The notes beneath the pieces are model-generated. The model searched no databases, was not told where the DNA came from, and saw nothing but the letters and a program-made list of their open reading frames with translations. The translations under genes and the position numbers were made by a program. From the IMG/VR virus record IMGVR_UViG_3300013426_000016, positions 32,001-96,000 of that record: a stretch of DNA of 64,000 nt. The stretch is one strand, 5' to 3'. This document shows, one piece after another, positions 1 to 8,737 of the stretch (the stretch's first letter is position 1; the number at the start of each line of letters is the position of its first letter). This DNA is from a virus (Duplodnaviria; Caudoviricetes).

Positions 1-1
1 T

Positions 2-196
2 CTTGCTGAGTACATGAAAAGTTATTTTATGTATCGTTATTGGTCTAAGTGTGAATGGGAGTTTATAATTGTAGATTGGCCATATAAAGATAAAGTAGAA
101 GACTCAAATCCTATAAAAATCGATGTTTGGGATCAAATACAACTGAATTTTTTAGTAATTATCGATTTAGTTTGGAACTATTTAAAAAATAAATAA
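2..196 (+). CDS. hypothetical protein, probably 5'-partial
   Basis: Frame is open from the window start and ends in TAA. Confidence 0.6.
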   Translation, partial: LAEYMKSYFMYRYWSKCEWEFIIVDWPYKDKVEDSNPIKIDVWDQIQLNFLVIIDLVWNYLKNK

Positions 197-198
197 AA

Positions 199-513
199 AT
201 GAAAAAAGAGACTATAATTGGACTTTTTGTAGCTTCTATTCTTTGTATAAGTCTTGCTATATACTCAGTAATAATAGACGAAAAACAACATAGCTACCAA
301 CGTCAACAAATAGAACAAAGAGATGCATTTATACAAGAGTATTTAGATTCTCTTTATGTGCTTAAAGACGAGTTTGTTCTTACACCAAGTAATGAAAAAA
401 CAATTCATGCTTTAGATTCTCTTGGATTAGAGTTTGCCACTAAAACAAGTAAACTAAATTATTATAAGTACGCCCTCGATATAAATTATCTACAAGAAAA
501 ATTACACAAATAA
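199..513 (+). CDS. hypothetical protein with N-terminal TM/signal segment
   Basis: MKK followed by a hydrophobic stretch; TAATG overlap with the next gene. Confidence 0.7.
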   Translation: MKKETIIGLFVASILCISLAIYSVIIDEKQHSYQRQQIEQRDAFIQEYLDSLYVLKDEFVLTPSNEKTIHALDSLGLEFATKTSKLNYYKYALDINYLQEKLHK

Positions 514-1271
514 TGGATAAAATTATTATTATTCCAGATGTACATGGAAGAAACTTTTGGAAATCTACACCAAAAGATGCTAACTTAATTTTTCTAGGAG
601 ATTATTTAGATCCTTACTTAGATGAAGAAGAATTTCAAGAATATGATTCTTATTCAGATCCTAATTTATTTAAAAAGCTTAAAGAAAATCTTTTGGAAAT
701 AATTCAAGTAAAGAAGGAAAGACCAAATGATGTAATACTTCTTTTAGGAAACCACGATCTTCCGTATATGGACATTGGGGAATTTTGTTGTCGGTATACT
801 ACAGATTTACAACAAATAAAAGAATACAAATCCATTTTTAATGAGAATAGAGATTTATTTCAACTTTGTTATACTCTGAATACAGAAAAAGAAAAATATC
901 TTTTTTCTCATGCAGGGATTACAGAGCCTTGGATAAATGAACACCCAGAATTATTTAGTGACATAAAGGAAGAAGATTTGCCTCAATATATTAATAAACT
1001 TTTTAAAGAAAAGGATATCTATCTTTATAGAGCTTTAAATGAAGCTTCTTTTTATAGAGGAGGTTGGACTATAGCAGGTTCTTTAGTTTGGGCAGATCTT
1101 CAAGAAATGGGTAATTTTAATATCTTAAAAGGCTATTATCAAATTATTGGTCACAGTCAACTTAAAAAAGATCCTTATATAGGAGAAGATTTTTGTTGTA
1201 TAGATACAAGAACTTGGTATGATTTAAATGATTTAGAACAACGTATAAATGGAAGAAATAGAAGTAATTAA
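513..1271 (+). CDS. calcineurin-like metallophosphoesterase
   Basis: Motifs DVHG, GDYLD, LLGNHD, FSHAG and IGHS. Confidence 0.9.
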   Translation: MDKIIIIPDVHGRNFWKSTPKDANLIFLGDYLDPYLDEEEFQEYDSYSDPNLFKKLKENLLEIIQVKKERPNDVILLLGNHDLPYMDIGEFCCRYTTDLQQIKEYKSIFNENRDLFQLCYTLNTEKEKYLFSHAGITEPWINEHPELFSDIKEEDLPQYINKLFKEKDIYLYRALNEASFYRGGWTIAGSLVWADLQEMGNFNILKGYYQIIGHSQLKKDPYIGEDFCCIDTRTWYDLNDLEQRINGRNRSN

Positions 1272-1587
1272 AACTCCAAGACAATATCAACTTTATTACG
1301 GAGGTTATACTTATAAATATATAGAAGATAAGTACTTCGAATCTTATACAGGAATTAAACTAAACCCAGGAGAAGTTACAAAAATTCCATTTAAAAAAGG
1401 GTATTGGCTTGTTGACAGAAATGAAAACTGTTTTTTAAGCACTTCTCCTTGGGTGGATGGATGGTTTTATCCAAACCCTATATGCAAAAACATAATTTCA
1501 TATAAACAGAATCTAACTCTTATTAACATTCCTGAAGAAGGTAAGTTGCTCTCTGAGAAAGAACTGGAAAATTTATTTAAATTTTAA
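1249..1587 (+). CDS. hypothetical protein (paralog of next gene)
   Basis: Starts MEE and ends ELENLFKF. Confidence 0.7.
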   Translation: MEEIEVIKTPRQYQLYYGGYTYKYIEDKYFESYTGIKLNPGEVTKIPFKKGYWLVDRNENCFLSTSPWVDGWFYPNPICKNIISYKQNLTLINIPEEGKLLSEKELENLFKF

Positions 1588-1588
1588 A

Positions 1589-1939
1589 ATGGAAGAATAT
1601 TACATCGCTAAAAGAACAACCGGGGATGTATATTTATATACAGAAGGACGTTGTTATGCAGTGCTCAGTGTACGGGAGTTTAAAATTCTTACAAATGTAG
1701 TACTAAAAGAAAATACAGAATATAAATTTCCTATTATAAGAAATAAATATTATGTGGTACATTCTGGAGGTAGTTATTTTATAACAAATACCCCTTATTT
1801 GAATTATATATACTTATATCCACATTCTACAATAACAAGGATCCCATGCAAGTTAATGACAAACCTAAATCTTCCAGAAGCTGTATCTGGTATTACACCA
1901 TTAACAGAAGAAGAAATAGAAAATTTGTTTAAGTTTTAA
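1589..1939 (+). CDS. hypothetical protein (paralog of previous gene)
   Basis: Starts MEE and ends EIENLFKF. Confidence 0.7.
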   Translation: MEEYYIAKRTTGDVYLYTEGRCYAVLSVREFKILTNVVLKENTEYKFPIIRNKYYVVHSGGSYFITNTPYLNYIYLYPHSTITRIPCKLMTNLNLPEAVSGITPLTEEEIENLFKF

Positions 1940-1955
1940 ATAAATCACAAATAAA

Positions 1956-1987
1956 TTTGTTTTTAACAAAACAAACATATATCTTTA
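1956..1987 (+). promoter_or_regulatory. Bacteroidetes-type sigma-A promoter (-33 TTTG / -7 TAnnTTTG-like)
   Basis: TTTG at 1956-1959, a 20-nt spacer, then TATCTTTA at 1980-1987 (one mismatch), in an intergenic gap. Confidence 0.55.
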
Positions 1988-2006
1988 CGTATAAATTTTA
2001 ATTTAT

Positions 2007-2162
2007 ATGTCTAAAAATCTCATGAATGATCTTGATAAATATCAAGACTCTAAGACTTCAGAACAGTTTAAACGTAAACCAAAGAATCCAAAAAACAAGC
2101 ACGTTAAAACTAAAAAACGTAAAGAGGAAACTTTGGAATACATTGAAGACTGAGAAGACTAA
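2007..2162 (+). CDS. small basic hypothetical protein (51 aa, code 4)
   Basis: ATG 2007, in-frame TGA at 2151, TAA 2160-2162; Lys-rich. Confidence 0.6.
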
Positions 2163-2178
2163 CCATTAACTATTTTGA

Positions 2179-2233
2179 GAGTATAGATTAAAGCGCCTCC
2201 ACGTGGTTATACTTGGGTAACGCTAAACGCTTT
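2179..2233 (+). ncRNA. candidate minimal HDV-like (theta-like) self-cleaving ribozyme
   Basis: P1 GAGUAUA/UAUACUU with G1-U wobble; P2 AAAGC/GCUUU; P3 GCC/GGU; L3 UCCACGU; P1.1 CC/GG; minimal P4 GUAAC; J4/2 GCUAA containing the candidate catalytic C2223. Confidence 0.7.
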
Positions 2234-2249
2234 TTTAAAAATATTACTT

Positions 2250-2552
2250 ATGAACATATTTAGTAAACTTTTTAAAAAACCTACGCCCAAAGTAGAAACT
2301 CCTCAAAAAGATTTGTCTACACTCAAACAGTTCGATGATGTCTGAATACAAATAAATGATGAAATATATGAGGGATGGGTAGTAAATATAGTTAATGGAG
2401 AAATACAAATAGTTTTTTCAGACAGAGATAATAAATTACAAGATATTTCTTTTATGAAAGACAGACCTTTAAATAGAACTTTCATTAAAGAAAAATATAG
2501 AACCTTATATTTAAATAATCCTAATTATGGAATCGGTTCAAGAAACAGCTAA
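2250..2552 (+). CDS. hypothetical protein (100 aa, code 4)
   Basis: Open frame once TGA 2343 is read as Trp (DDVW-IQINDEIYEGWVV); ends TAA. Confidence 0.7.
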
Positions 2553-2658
2553 ACTTTTAATTAAAGTTATAGATAATTACTTTCTTTGTAGAGCAACTAG
2601 AACTCAACTTATAAATGCAAAGAATGCTTTAGAAAATTTATTAAAATAACACACTTTT

Positions 2659-2719
2659 TACGGTCTTATAGGTTAAAAATGTATTGCGTATCATCTTTAC
2701 TCTATAAGGCCGTATTTTT
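2659..2719 (+). terminator. long hairpin followed by U-tract, putative intrinsic terminator
   Basis: TACGGTCTTATAG ... CTATAAGGCCGTA 13-bp stem followed by TTTTT. Confidence 0.6.
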
Positions 2720-2739
2720 GTCCTTTAAAATATGTTAAA

Positions 2740-3108
2740 ATGAAAAAGTTTTTTATTATTCTTTTTGCCATAATTCCATTTTTAGGAAATGCACAAACTG
2801 TTTTTTATAAAACCACCGAAGTATCAGTTGCATTAAATGGAAGATGGCAAGAGTGGCAAGAAACAAATGATGTCACTGTAATGATTAATTTCGATGATTG
2901 GATTGTTAAAATTCAAACAGTTGTTCCACAGCAGTATATTTTCTCTTCAGAACCTGTAAATATAGATAAAGAAACCATAGGAAACAAAGCCTTAGATCAA
3001 GATGGCGATCCATGTGTTGTTAAATTAAGAGCAGCAGATGGAGAACCTTTACAGATTTATGTGCTATATGGAAATAATGGTTGGGTATATAATTTAAGAA
3101 AACTATAA
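2740..3108 (+). CDS. exported hypothetical protein
   Basis: Bacteroidetes-style signal peptide MKKFFIILFAIIPFLGNA|Q. Confidence 0.75.
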   Translation: MKKFFIILFAIIPFLGNAQTVFYKTTEVSVALNGRWQEWQETNDVTVMINFDDWIVKIQTVVPQQYIFSSEPVNIDKETIGNKALDQDGDPCVVKLRAADGEPLQIYVLYGNNGWVYNLRKL

Positions 3109-3659
3109 TGAATCCTTTTAAATACATTTATAGAGTAATAAAAACTACTTATCTGAATTTAAGATTTCCTTTTCTTTGTTATAGAAATAAAAATGGGAAA
3201 CGTATATGGATTTATCCATATAATTGGTATTGTTGGATTCCCACAGGCTGGAAAAAAGCTTTTGGCATACAAATGTGCAAAGAGATTAAACAGTATCTTA
3301 AAAAGAGTCCTTTTACTATAAATGATATAAAAGAAAAGTTTGGTCGATTGGATATTAATTATACTGGAGGAAATCGAGACATAGATAAAATTCTTATGAA
3401 GTATGAATATATTTCAGAAAGAACATGTATTATTTGTGGAAAACTTGCTACAGGATATACTCCTATAGAAAGTTGGCAGTGTCCTTATTGTGATAATTGT
3501 AAGCCAGAAAATAAACTCTTAATTGAATATGGTATTTCTATAGAAATTAATGAGAAAAAGTATACTTCACAAGATTGGTATGGGTATACAGGAAATATTA
3601 ATCATAGAAACGATAACGCTTATATAAATGAATTTAAACAATATTGTGAACACTTTTAA
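3108..3659 (+). CDS. hypothetical phage protein with Zn-ribbon
   Basis: KEKFGRL motif and CIICG...CPYCDNC. Confidence 0.7.
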   Translation: MNPFKYIYRVIKTTYLNLRFPFLCYRNKNGKRIWIYPYNWYCWIPTGWKKAFGIQMCKEIKQYLKKSPFTINDIKEKFGRLDINYTGGNRDIDKILMKYEYISERTCIICGKLATGYTPIESWQCPYCDNCKPENKLLIEYGISIEINEKKYTSQDWYGYTGNINHRNDNAYINEFKQYCEHF

Positions 3660-4182
3660 GCATATAAAGAGGATTATTATCCATAAACATTGGGTTCTTT
3701 ATTATGCAAATAAATGTGGAATAACTTGGCAAGGAATTACTCATGATTTAAGTAAGTTTTCTCCAATAGAGTTTTTTGAGAGTATTAAATACTTTGTAGA
3801 AGGAAAGTCTCCAATAGAAGTTGCTAAAGATATAAATGGTTATAGTCTAGCGTGGCAACATCATAAAGGACATAATCCTCATCATTATGAGTATTGGGTG
3901 GACAACCTTGATAAAGGAGGAACTGCGATAAAAATGCCATATAAATACGTTATAGAGCTTATATGTGACTATTTAGCCGCAGGGAAAACATATAATGGAA
4001 AAGATTTTACTTTTGAAAAAGAGTATAATTGGTTCTGTAGAAAGATTTTACTTTCTTCTCCAAAAATGCATCCTAAAACGCTTGTTTACTTGTGTGCAGT
4101 ATTTGAAACTATTGCCAAAGAAAATAGAGTAGATAGAATACTTTTAGATAAAGTTAAAAAAGAAATTGAATATGATGTATAG
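3628..4182 (+). CDS. HD-superfamily hydrolase (DUF5662-like)
   Basis: HK..V, HDLSK, HHKGHNPHHYEYW, ELICDY.AAG. Confidence 0.75.
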   Translation: MNLNNIVNTFKHIKRIIIHKHWVLYYANKCGITWQGITHDLSKFSPIEFFESIKYFVEGKSPIEVAKDINGYSLAWQHHKGHNPHHYEYWVDNLDKGGTAIKMPYKYVIELICDYLAAGKTYNGKDFTFEKEYNWFCRKILLSSPKMHPKTLVYLCAVFETIAKENRVDRILLDKVKKEIEYDV

Positions 4183-5167
4183 TTTTGATGAAATAGGACT
4201 TTTACCAAAAACTATTTCTACTATAACTTCTAGAAAAGAAGTAAATCCTTATAAAAATGGAAAACTCCCCATTTTTGTAGCTCCTATGACTTGTTTAATT
4301 GATGCAAATAATATAGGAGTTTTTCAAAATAGTGCTTTTATTCCTATTTATCCCATTTTCTTTACTGAGAATGTAGAAAGAAGATTTGAAATTGCAAATG
4401 GTTCCTGGGTAGCTGTTTCTCTGAAAGAATTTAAAGAATATTTTGTAGAAAACCCTCTTCCAAAAAATAGATTACCCTACAGAATACTAATTGATTGCGC
4501 ACAAGGCCATATGAAAAGTATTTTTACTCTAGCACGTAAAGCAAAGGAATATTATGGTACTAATCTTATTATTATGGCTGGAAATATTGCAAACCCAAAT
4601 GCTTATGATGAGTATTGTAAAGCAGGAATTGATTATGTTCGTGTGGGAATTGGAGGAGGAAGTGGTTGTCTAAGTTCCGTTTTAACAGGAATACACGCAT
4701 CTTTGCCTTATTTGCTCACCGAAATAATTAAAAGAAAAATAGATATTTTGACACAAATTTCTTTGCTTACTGAAAAGAGTAAAGAGTATCTATGTCTTAC
4801 TAGGATTGTAGCAGATGGTGGAGTAAATAATATTTCTAAAATTATGAAATCTCTTGCTTTAGGTGCAGATTATGTAATGATGGGAAGTATGTTTGCTAAT
4901 TGTGAAGAAATACGTCTTAAAGGTTTGTATTATGGACAAGCTTCAGAATCAGGACAAATAGATCGTTTTGGAAAGATTGTTAATGAACCAGAAGGATGTA
5001 GTCGAAACTATATACCAACTACAGATTTAGCAACTCTTGCAAAGAAAATAGAAGATATTTTACGCTCTACTATGTCTTATGCTGGAGCTAAAACTCTTAA
5101 TGATTTTATAGGAAAAGTTAGATATGAAATACAAACTATAAATGAGTTTAATAGTTATAATAAATAA
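4172..5167 (+). CDS. IMP dehydrogenase / GMP reductase family protein (no CBS domains)
   Basis: IFVAPM, IDCAQGH, AGNIA, VRVGIGGGSGC, IVADGG, ALGADYVMMG, LRSTMSYAGA. Confidence 0.85.
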   Translation: MMYSFDEIGLLPKTISTITSRKEVNPYKNGKLPIFVAPMTCLIDANNIGVFQNSAFIPIYPIFFTENVERRFEIANGSWVAVSLKEFKEYFVENPLPKNRLPYRILIDCAQGHMKSIFTLARKAKEYYGTNLIIMAGNIANPNAYDEYCKAGIDYVRVGIGGGSGCLSSVLTGIHASLPYLLTEIIKRKIDILTQISLLTEKSKEYLCLTRIVADGGVNNISKIMKSLALGADYVMMGSMFANCEEIRLKGLYYGQASESGQIDRFGKIVNEPEGCSRNYIPTTDLATLAKKIEDILRSTMSYAGAKTLNDFIGKVRYEIQTINEFNSYNK

Positions 5168-5179
5168 TCTTAGGTAATA

Positions 5180-6466
5180 ATGACTGAATCTGAATATCTT
5201 TTACTTAGAGAAAAATATTTTTGTCCAGAGTATTATGAAAAACTCATTATCGATACAAGAGAATTTCCTAAAAAGATTATAGTTATAGATGCAACGAGAA
5301 TTACATCGAAATTCGATTACCACTTTTATATTACAGAAATTACAAAAGAGGCTCTTATTAATTATATATATACTGATGAACTTAAAATTTGTACGGAATG
5401 GCTTGGATCTGTTCTTTTGAAAGAATCAAATATTGTTTTCTTAGGAGATACATATTCTAATATATTTCAGTTTTTTATTAGTTATAGCCAATGCTTTTCG
5501 AAGATATGGGTTTATGTCCAATATATGAACTATGTCTATGATCCTGTATTTTTCGATTTGTTAGCAGCACTTAAACAATATAATATACCAATAAGAGGTC
5601 TTATTGAAATATTATTAACTTCAAATCACAGAAAACTTGTTTCTTCTAATAGATTAATACAAGACAATTTTGGTGTTAAAATCCCAACATTACGTGTATT
5701 AATTTCATTATTAGAAAAAAATCTTGCCGGTGATTTAGTAGGTAGTTTTACTGCGGTAAAATCTTTATTTAGTTGTTCAGATAAACAAGCTTGCGAATAC
5801 ATAGACCTCATTAAATGGGAGGATAAAGAAAGAATTAATAAAAATCTCCTTTCTAAGGAAAGTAAAAAGGAATTGCGAAGATATTATAATTATTTACATA
5901 CAATAAAAACTTTTAAACCTGAACTTGTGAGTATGTATCTCGATTACATCATGTTTAGAGATAGTATTGTAAATCACAATATTTCAAATTTTCCTAAGTA
6001 TCCAAAGGACGTAAATAAGTTAGCCTCTTTGCATGATAAAGTTTTTGAAATTTTTAGAGAAGAGAAAGTTTATAGAGAAAAGAATTTATTATCTACAATG
6101 CAAATATCTTATGAAGCTTTTTACAAAAAGGCAAAAATGTTTGAATTTTCTGATTCAGAATATAGTATAATTGCTGTAAAAGATTTAAAAGATTTAATAA
6201 CAGAAGGAAAAGAGTTACATCATTGTGTAAGTTCTTATATTGAATCTGTAGGAAAAGGGAAGGAATATATTTTATTTTTAAGACAAACTCCAAATTTGGA
6301 AACACCTTATTTTACTATCGACATTACCCCAAACGGAAAAGTGAGACAAATACATGGATATTGTAATTGTGATATTACAGATGAAATACTTCCGTTTGTA
6401 AAAAAATGGGCAACTAAGTTTAATTTGGACATTTCAAACTTTTCTAAAGTTTGTATCCATCTTTAA
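5180..6466 (+). CDS. PcfJ-like domain protein
   Basis: C-terminal LITEGKELHHCVSSY...ILFLR...PYFTI...QIHGYCN. Confidence 0.75.
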   Translation: MTESEYLLLREKYFCPEYYEKLIIDTREFPKKIIVIDATRITSKFDYHFYITEITKEALINYIYTDELKICTEWLGSVLLKESNIVFLGDTYSNIFQFFISYSQCFSKIWVYVQYMNYVYDPVFFDLLAALKQYNIPIRGLIEILLTSNHRKLVSSNRLIQDNFGVKIPTLRVLISLLEKNLAGDLVGSFTAVKSLFSCSDKQACEYIDLIKWEDKERINKNLLSKESKKELRRYYNYLHTIKTFKPELVSMYLDYIMFRDSIVNHNISNFPKYPKDVNKLASLHDKVFEIFREEKVYREKNLLSTMQISYEAFYKKAKMFEFSDSEYSIIAVKDLKDLITEGKELHHCVSSYIESVGKGKEYILFLRQTPNLETPYFTIDITPNGKVRQIHGYCNCDITDEILPFVKKWATKFNLDISNFSKVCIHL

Positions 6467-6493
6467 TAGCTATTTTATATAGCTATTTTATAA

Positions 6494-6567
6494 GGACATT
6501 TAGTTTAATGGTTAAAAAACAAAGATCTTCAAAATCTTAGATAACTGTTCGATTCGGTTAATGTCCG
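6494..6567 (+). tRNA. opal suppressor tRNA, anticodon UCA (probably Trp)
   Basis: Acceptor stem GGACATT/AATGTCC; D arm GTTT/AAAC; anticodon stem AAGAT/ATCTT with loop CT-TCA-AA; T arm AACTG-TTCGATT-CGGTT; discriminator G; no encoded CCA. Confidence 0.9.
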
Positions 6568-6636
6568 CTTAATATTTATATATTATGATTAAAAACTTTA
6601 ATATTATTTATTCCTACAAGGAAAATTTATACAACA

Positions 6637-6846
6637 ATGAAACATTCAACTAAAAAATCCACAATTTTAACTAAAGACTATTCTCATTTAGACAACAATA
6701 CTTCAGTTTCTAAAGAAGAAAATAATTCTTCACAAGCTACAGAAATTACCTATCTTTCAATGGCCGATTTGACTATAGAAAAATATCTAGAAATATTGAA
6801 AGCAGCTTTTTTGGGTGAAAAAATAGAATGTGGGAAGAACATCTAA
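6637..6846 (+). CDS. hypothetical protein
   Basis: ORF in the co-directional gene run. Confidence 0.45.
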   Translation: MKHSTKKSTILTKDYSHLDNNTSVSKEENNSSQATEITYLSMADLTIEKYLEILKAAFLGEKIECGKNI

Positions 6847-7286
6847 AACGTGCAGAATTTTCTTTTGGAAAATATAAAGGAGAAGAAAATTTATCCCCTT
6901 TAGAAAAATGCGTTATATTAATGAAAGAACATAACTGTTCTTATAAACAAATTAGTTTACACCTCGGTTGCTTAAATAAAAAGTACATTAGAGAAATTTT
7001 ATTAAAATATAGACCCGATTTACTTAATATAAAAACTCCTCCAGTAAAAAAAGATTATATTGAAAAACGAGTTATAGGAATTATTTCTAAATATAAACAA
7101 ATTTCCTTTGACTTAGAAGAATTTGATAACTGTGATTTTTATATAGAAAACGGGGAATTGAAGTTTAAAACTGAAACTGATGATATTTATATTTTTAATG
7201 AATTTGACGAAAGGACTAAATTATCTATATTATATAATATAGCAAGACTTTTAAACATAGACATAAAAACAACAGAGTTTACATAA
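6828..7286 (+). CDS. hypothetical protein, possible HTH DNA-binding
   Basis: LSPLEK...CSYKQISLHLG resembles a helix-turn-helix. Confidence 0.55.
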   Translation: MWEEHLKRAEFSFGKYKGEENLSPLEKCVILMKEHNCSYKQISLHLGCLNKKYIREILLKYRPDLLNIKTPPVKKDYIEKRVIGIISKYKQISFDLEEFDNCDFYIENGELKFKTETDDIYIFNEFDERTKLSILYNIARLLNIDIKTTEFT

Positions 7287-7666
7287 TGAGAAAAACAAAA
7301 AAGTATTACAGAGATCTAATTAATAAAGATAAAAATTCTGCTTTTTCCATTGCAGAAGAAGTCATTACCAAATATGGAACCCACACCAAAACTCGTGGAG
7401 AAAGAACTGTTCTTGCAGAGTCTAGTTTTCCATGGAATTGTCAGGTACATGGATTTAGTATTTATAAAAAGAAATTTTATGTAGATATTTATTGGCAAGG
7501 AGATTCTACAGATGGTATAGCAGCCGTTCTTTTTAAAGATGCTATTAAGGGTACTACTATATATAGAGAAGTAGATGGTCCATATGAAATACATGGTAAT
7601 TTACAAATTACTTCAGAAATGGTATATGAAGCACTAAAAGATTTCGCTAAAAGATATTTAAATTAA
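7286..7666 (+). CDS. hypothetical protein
   Basis: TAATG-coupled ORF. Confidence 0.7.
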   Translation: MRKTKKYYRDLINKDKNSAFSIAEEVITKYGTHTKTRGERTVLAESSFPWNCQVHGFSIYKKKFYVDIYWQGDSTDGIAAVLFKDAIKGTTIYREVDGPYEIHGNLQITSEMVYEALKDFAKRYLN

Positions 7667-7675
7667 TTTAATTTT

Positions 7676-8737
7676 ATGGATTTTAAAAAAGGTTATGAAT
7701 CTGGTAGATTTTCTGAGACTAAACTTTTTTTGGAAGAATATGGTGTACTTCCAAATAAAGTTGTGTTTAATTTAGAAGAGGACTCTTTTAATTTGGAAGA
7801 AATTACTCCAGAATTTATTAAAGAAAAGTTTCCCGAAGCTATTTACGCTAAAGTAGAAACTTTGGGAGAGGCAAATAATAACTCTGATGTAGAATTTTTC
7901 GATATAGAAACACTTACAACTCCATTCGATGAAAATTCTATTTCTTTATTCGAGGAAAAGTGTTTCACCTTTATATGTCCAGATAAACTTATTATTTGGT
8001 ATTGTGATCCTATAGATGTTGGCGCTAAATTAGAAGCTTCTCTTTCTATTTTGCCACGAACAAGAGAAGCATGTAAAGCAACAGAAGTTAAACTTGTAGC
8101 ATTTAATCAAGATTATTACACTATTTCTTCTAATATCAATCCTATGGAAATAGATATAAATGAAAATTATAATGACGATTTCTTTCCAGTTTATAAGGAT
8201 ATAGAAGAATTCCTTTTTAATAGAGAGAGTGGTTTAATTGTACTAAGAGGTAAAGTAGGCAGCGGTAAGACCTCTTTTATACGTCATTTAATTACAACTC
8301 ATCCAAATAATTATATTTTGGTAACAAATACTCTTGCAGAACATATAGCATCGCCAGAGTTTATTTCCTTTATGCTTGATAATAAGGATAGTGTATTTAT
8401 TTTGGAGGATTGTGAACAAATTTTGATGGATAGAAGTACTAACTTTAATGGTGCTATAGCTAATATATTGAACATGTCAGATGGGTTGCTGTCAGATATT
8501 TTTAATATAAAGTTTATTTGTACTTTTAATGCCGATATTAACAAAATTGATCCAGCTCTTTTAAGAAAAGGTCGTTGTTTTGCTAATTATGAATTTAAGC
8601 CATTGTGTTTAAAGAAAACAAATGCTCTTTTGAAAAAATTGAATCATCCAGAGAGTACAGTTCCTATGACCTTGGCAGAAATTTATAATTATAATGATAC
8701 TGATTGTAATGTGAAAACACAAAAAATGGGTTTCTAA
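7676..8737 (+). CDS. AAA+ ATPase
   Basis: Walker A GKVGSGKT, Walker B ILEDCE, second region of homology TFN...IDPALLRKGR. Confidence 0.9.
   Translation: MDFKKGYESGRFSETKLFLEEYGVLPNKVVFNLEEDSFNLEEITPEFIKEKFPEAIYAKVETLGEANNNSDVEFFDIETLTTPFDENSISLFEEKCFTFICPDKLIIWYCDPIDVGAKLEASLSILPRTREACKATEVKLVAFNQDYYTISSNINPMEIDINENYNDDFFPVYKDIEEFLFNRESGLIVLRGKVGSGKTSFIRHLITTHPNNYILVTNTLAEHIASPEFISFMLDNKDSVFILEDCEQILMDRSTNFNGAIANILNMSDGLLSDIFNIKFICTFNADINKIDPALLRKGRCFANYEFKPLCLKKTNALLKKLNHPESTVPMTLAEIYNYNDTDCNVKTQKMGF

Noticed and set aside
6494-6567. tRNA-Sec / selenocysteine decoding of TGA
   Set aside because: The variable arm is short, the acceptor stem is 7 bp, and TGA aligns with Trp rather than Cys positions.
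6568-6636. Theta ribozyme at the 3' trailer of the suppressor tRNA
   Set aside because: The downstream sequence is AT-rich, with no P1/P3/L3/J4-2 pattern.
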